The position numbers and the translations under genes were made by a program. Positions 63,705-64,000 of a stretch of DNA of 64,000 bases are shown piece after piece; the stretch's first letter is position 1, and every line of letters begins with the position of its first letter. The stretch covers positions 24,304,001-24,368,000 of the forward strand of contig NC_047028.1 in the NCBI RefSeq assembly GCF_902652985.1, in the 5' to 3' direction. The notes below the pieces were generated by a model. The model was given only the letters and a program-made list of their open reading frames with translations. It was not told where the DNA came from and made no database searches. The stretch comes from Pecten maximus (lineage: Eukaryota).

Positions 63705-64000
63705 AACTAGAGGTTCCTGATTTTTTTTAAAAACAAAAACACCCTTCGTTCTGCCTTAATTACTAGACATTGAATTTTTTTGCACTTGAATTGACTTTTG
63801 ACATGAAAATTAAAGTTATAATTCAATGACCCGAAAATAGAACATTGCCCTTATTTGACCCTTGACCTTGAAGTCAAGTTTACAGTGACCTAACGACAGT
63901 GCACTGTACATGTGCATCCACTTTAGTTGACTGATGCAAACATATACCGGAAGGTTTGTTAAGATATTCAACAGTTTAGAAGATATGGCCCGCACAAGAA
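63705..64000 (+). mobile_element. Helentron/HINE-like element running off the window
   Basis: AACTAGAGG start, TTGACCCTTGACCTTGAAGTCAAG and GAAGATATGGCCCG motifs typical of HINE cores. Confidence 0.5.

Overview
AT-rich, repeat-dense, intron-containing animal DNA. The SINE, Helentron-type and MITE repertoire suggests a bivalve mollusc (inference). Two convergent protein-coding genes were rebuilt by hand from splice sites. (1) A complete PDCD10/CCM3 homologue on the + strand: 7 coding exons at 13447-24651, 214 aa, same intron phases as human PDCD10, with an unusual C-terminal -ECC. (2) The 3' part of an AGFG1/HRB/drongo-type ArfGAP with FG/NPF repeats on the - strand: 7 coding exons at 31071-63308 plus a candidate 57-nt cassette exon; its first exon lies beyond the window. 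Most other ORFs in the track come from repeats or antisense frames. The rest is mobile DNA: two tRNA-derived SINE families, TIR MITEs (several nested or carrying satellites), a 30-bp palindromic micro-element, tRNA-containing TG...CA solo-LTR-like elements, Helentron/HINE remnants, possible fossil Academ and Tx1 fragments, and about 10 minisatellites. I found no CRISPR array, rRNA or true tRNA gene, and no clear new multi-gene system. The best leads are small palindromic and tRNA-bearing mobile elements and two isoform/modification features of the genes.
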